NCBI GenBank assembly: GCA_019429005.1
Contig: JAHYJR010000003.1
Span: 7,961 to 71,960, forward strand
DNA length: 64,000 bases
From: Nanobdellati archaeon
Lineage (GTDB): Archaea; EX4484-52; GLR71
Direction of reading: 5' to 3'
In this document: piece after piece, positions 40,701-43,700 of the stretch
How the letters are laid out: every line of letters begins with the position of its first letter
Numbering within the stretch: position 1 is the first letter of the stretch
Made by a program: the position numbers and the translations under genes
Notes under the pieces: generated by a model
Told to the model about the DNA's origin: nothing
The model's database searches: none
The model's input: only the letters and a program-made list of their open reading frames with translations

Positions 40701-43700
40701 CATCAACACCGTCGGCTTCAACATCCATTCTTGGTTGAAAAGGGAAATTATTAAAATTATATATATATATTTTTTTATTTGAATCAGATGACAAAATAAT
40801 CTCATTACCTGATTCTATAAGATGATCTATTACAAGCATATTATAAAAGATTTGACCATTAAGAGACTCCTCTCGAACATATAATAAATTCCCATCACTA
40901 TCCAATTCATAAATTATATTTTCCACAAGATATATGATTTCTTCATCATCAGGTGTAAATGAATCCACTTCAGATATTGATACAGATATAACATTATCAT
41001 TAGTATGCACATTATTAATATCTGAATAATTAGTCCATATAAGATCACATGTTGAATTAAAAAGACTTAAATTTTCACTTGTACCTATTATTATTTCAAG
41101 TCCATCCAATGAATGTATCAAATCACCAATATCAAAAGATAAAATCGAACTAGAAACAGTACAAGTTTCAATTTCAGAACCATCAGTATAATTTAAGATA
41201 CGAAGAACAGAACCTGTTGAAAGTATAATATTTTCATAAGTATCATTATTAATATCATCAACTTTTATATCAGTCACTTTACTAGTAAATTGTTTCCCCC
41301 AAATTCTTTCAGCAGATGAATTAACCAATTGAAGTTCTTCGCCATCACCAGGTTCATGTCCAAAAATAATACTAGGGCCATAATCTGTAAAATTATAATA
41401 AAATACACTCGAACCTGCATCAGTACCAGGAGGATCATAATAAAAATTCCTACAAGGTATTATAGGATCATAAGGACCTAGATTAACAATACAAGTCATA
41501 TTATACCCATCAACACCCTTATTTGAATCTCCTGAATTAATCACAATTAATTCCATATTATCATCAGTTAAATTAATATTACCTAATTTAAAATCAATAG
41601 GCTCTAAAGCACCGGGATCAATCTTAAATATTGGCACATTACCAACTGTTGATTCCGAATTAAATGCCCTAATATCTACAAGTGTACTTACAAAAAAATC
41701 ATAAAGTGTTGAAGATGCATTAACTTTACCACCAACCAACATCTTTGTCCAAAATAAACCATCACCACCATTACTAATTATCTTAGGTGCCATCTCTCCA
41801 CTCAAAGAAACACTTGAATTGATAATAACAACATTTGTAGGTATTGTCACATTAACATCTTTATATATCGCTTCATTATCATAAGCAACAACATACGAAT
41901 TCTTCACTTGCGTAAAATTAAACCCAAATGTATACGGATCCAGAGCATATGAAAACTGAGTAACCTCACTATCACCTAAAGCCCATGCAAGATTCTTTGC
42001 ATAAGCAGTCATATTACCATAGGTAAACCCAACAAGATGCTTTCCAGACATGAGCTCATAATAAAGAACTTTACCGTGTTTATAATCCCATGAGATTGAT
42101 AAATTTTCACCGTCAAAAGTGGGATTAAGAACAACCCATTCTTCAGAAGCATTATCATAATAATAAAGTCCAGCAAATTCAATCCCTTCAGGATTATAAT
42201 TATCTATATAAAGTATGTCAGATCCCGTCGTATCAAAATATATTGTCCAATTACTTCCAACAAGCGGATATGACTGAATATTTAAAACAGTTATTGTAGA
42301 TTCAATAACAAAATCCTGTGATGATAACTGTGGCACATTCCAAAACATCTTATCAATAAGACCATTTTCATTTGTATCGACAAAAGTCACATTAAATATT
42401 GAATTTTCAGTAACATCAATTTTCTGACCATCCTTGAACCAATAAAGACTTATTTTGTTACCACGAACTTCAGATATATCCGAAAATGCTTGAACATCAT
42501 GATAATGCATAGAAACACTACTTGCAATAGTCACATTTTTTGTCCATCCAGACTGATAAGATTCAACATCACTTTCAAGAGAATATGGTGCATCTGTTTT
42601 ATATTCAATCTCAATAGCCTCAAATTCATCTGTAATAATTGATGCAACCATGCTCTGGATTTTTACAACCTTATCACGAGTCTCTGATGTAACTATAGCT
42701 TCACTAGGTACAAGATCATCAGATGAAATATTTTTTGATTTTCGCACCTTTCCTTTTAGTGTCCAACTAACAGGTTCACCAATAACAGCATTATTTTGAA
42801 TAATATCAAGATCTTGAACATCAGGCGGAATTATTTGTATTATTGTTGAAGAACCCAAACTTGATAAGGTATTCAAAGATTCGTTCCCAGCATAAAATGT
42901 TTTTATCGTATAAAGACCAGGACTTAAAGGTGATGTATTCCAAGATAATGTTGCAACACCAGACAAATTTGTATTGTTTATACCAAGAAGATGACTATCA
43001 ACATAAAACTCTAATTTTTGGCTAGGTATTGGTGTTCCATTCTCAAATGACAAGTTTGCCATTATTTTTGAAATTTCACCTTGAATTACTTTAACAGGAT
43101 CAAGAATAACATCAGTTATCTGTGTAACAATAGGTGCAATATGTTCATTTGAAATTATAGTAACCATTATTTTTTCAAAATAAGCAGATAATGTATCAAT
43201 TGCCTCATTACCATAATATGATAGATTAAAGAAATGTTCACCTTCATCTAAAAGAGATGCATCAACCGAAATCAATATTGTACCATTATCATCTGTAGCA
43301 TTCAGACCAATAAGAGTACCATTAGTATAAGCATACATTTCTTGATTAGGTATTGGTGTGTTGTTATCATACACTAATCTTGCTTTGATAAAAGCAAAAC
43401 CATCTCTAAAAACAACTCCAGGTGTAATAATAACATCAATAATACGAGATATAAATGATTTTATTTCAATCTCAACAACATCTGTAACATTTGTGCTATT
43501 ATCCATCCCATCAATAGAAATAGACCCATTTGTAGTTTCATTCAGATTATTTGTGATATTAACAAAAATTGTATCATTTACAATCAAAGTCCCATTAATA
43601 ATCATTGTATCATTAATCTGAATAGTACCATTAATAAGAATTGTATCATTGACTGAATCATCATCTGATGTCAAATTATCAGAAACATTAATAGATAAAT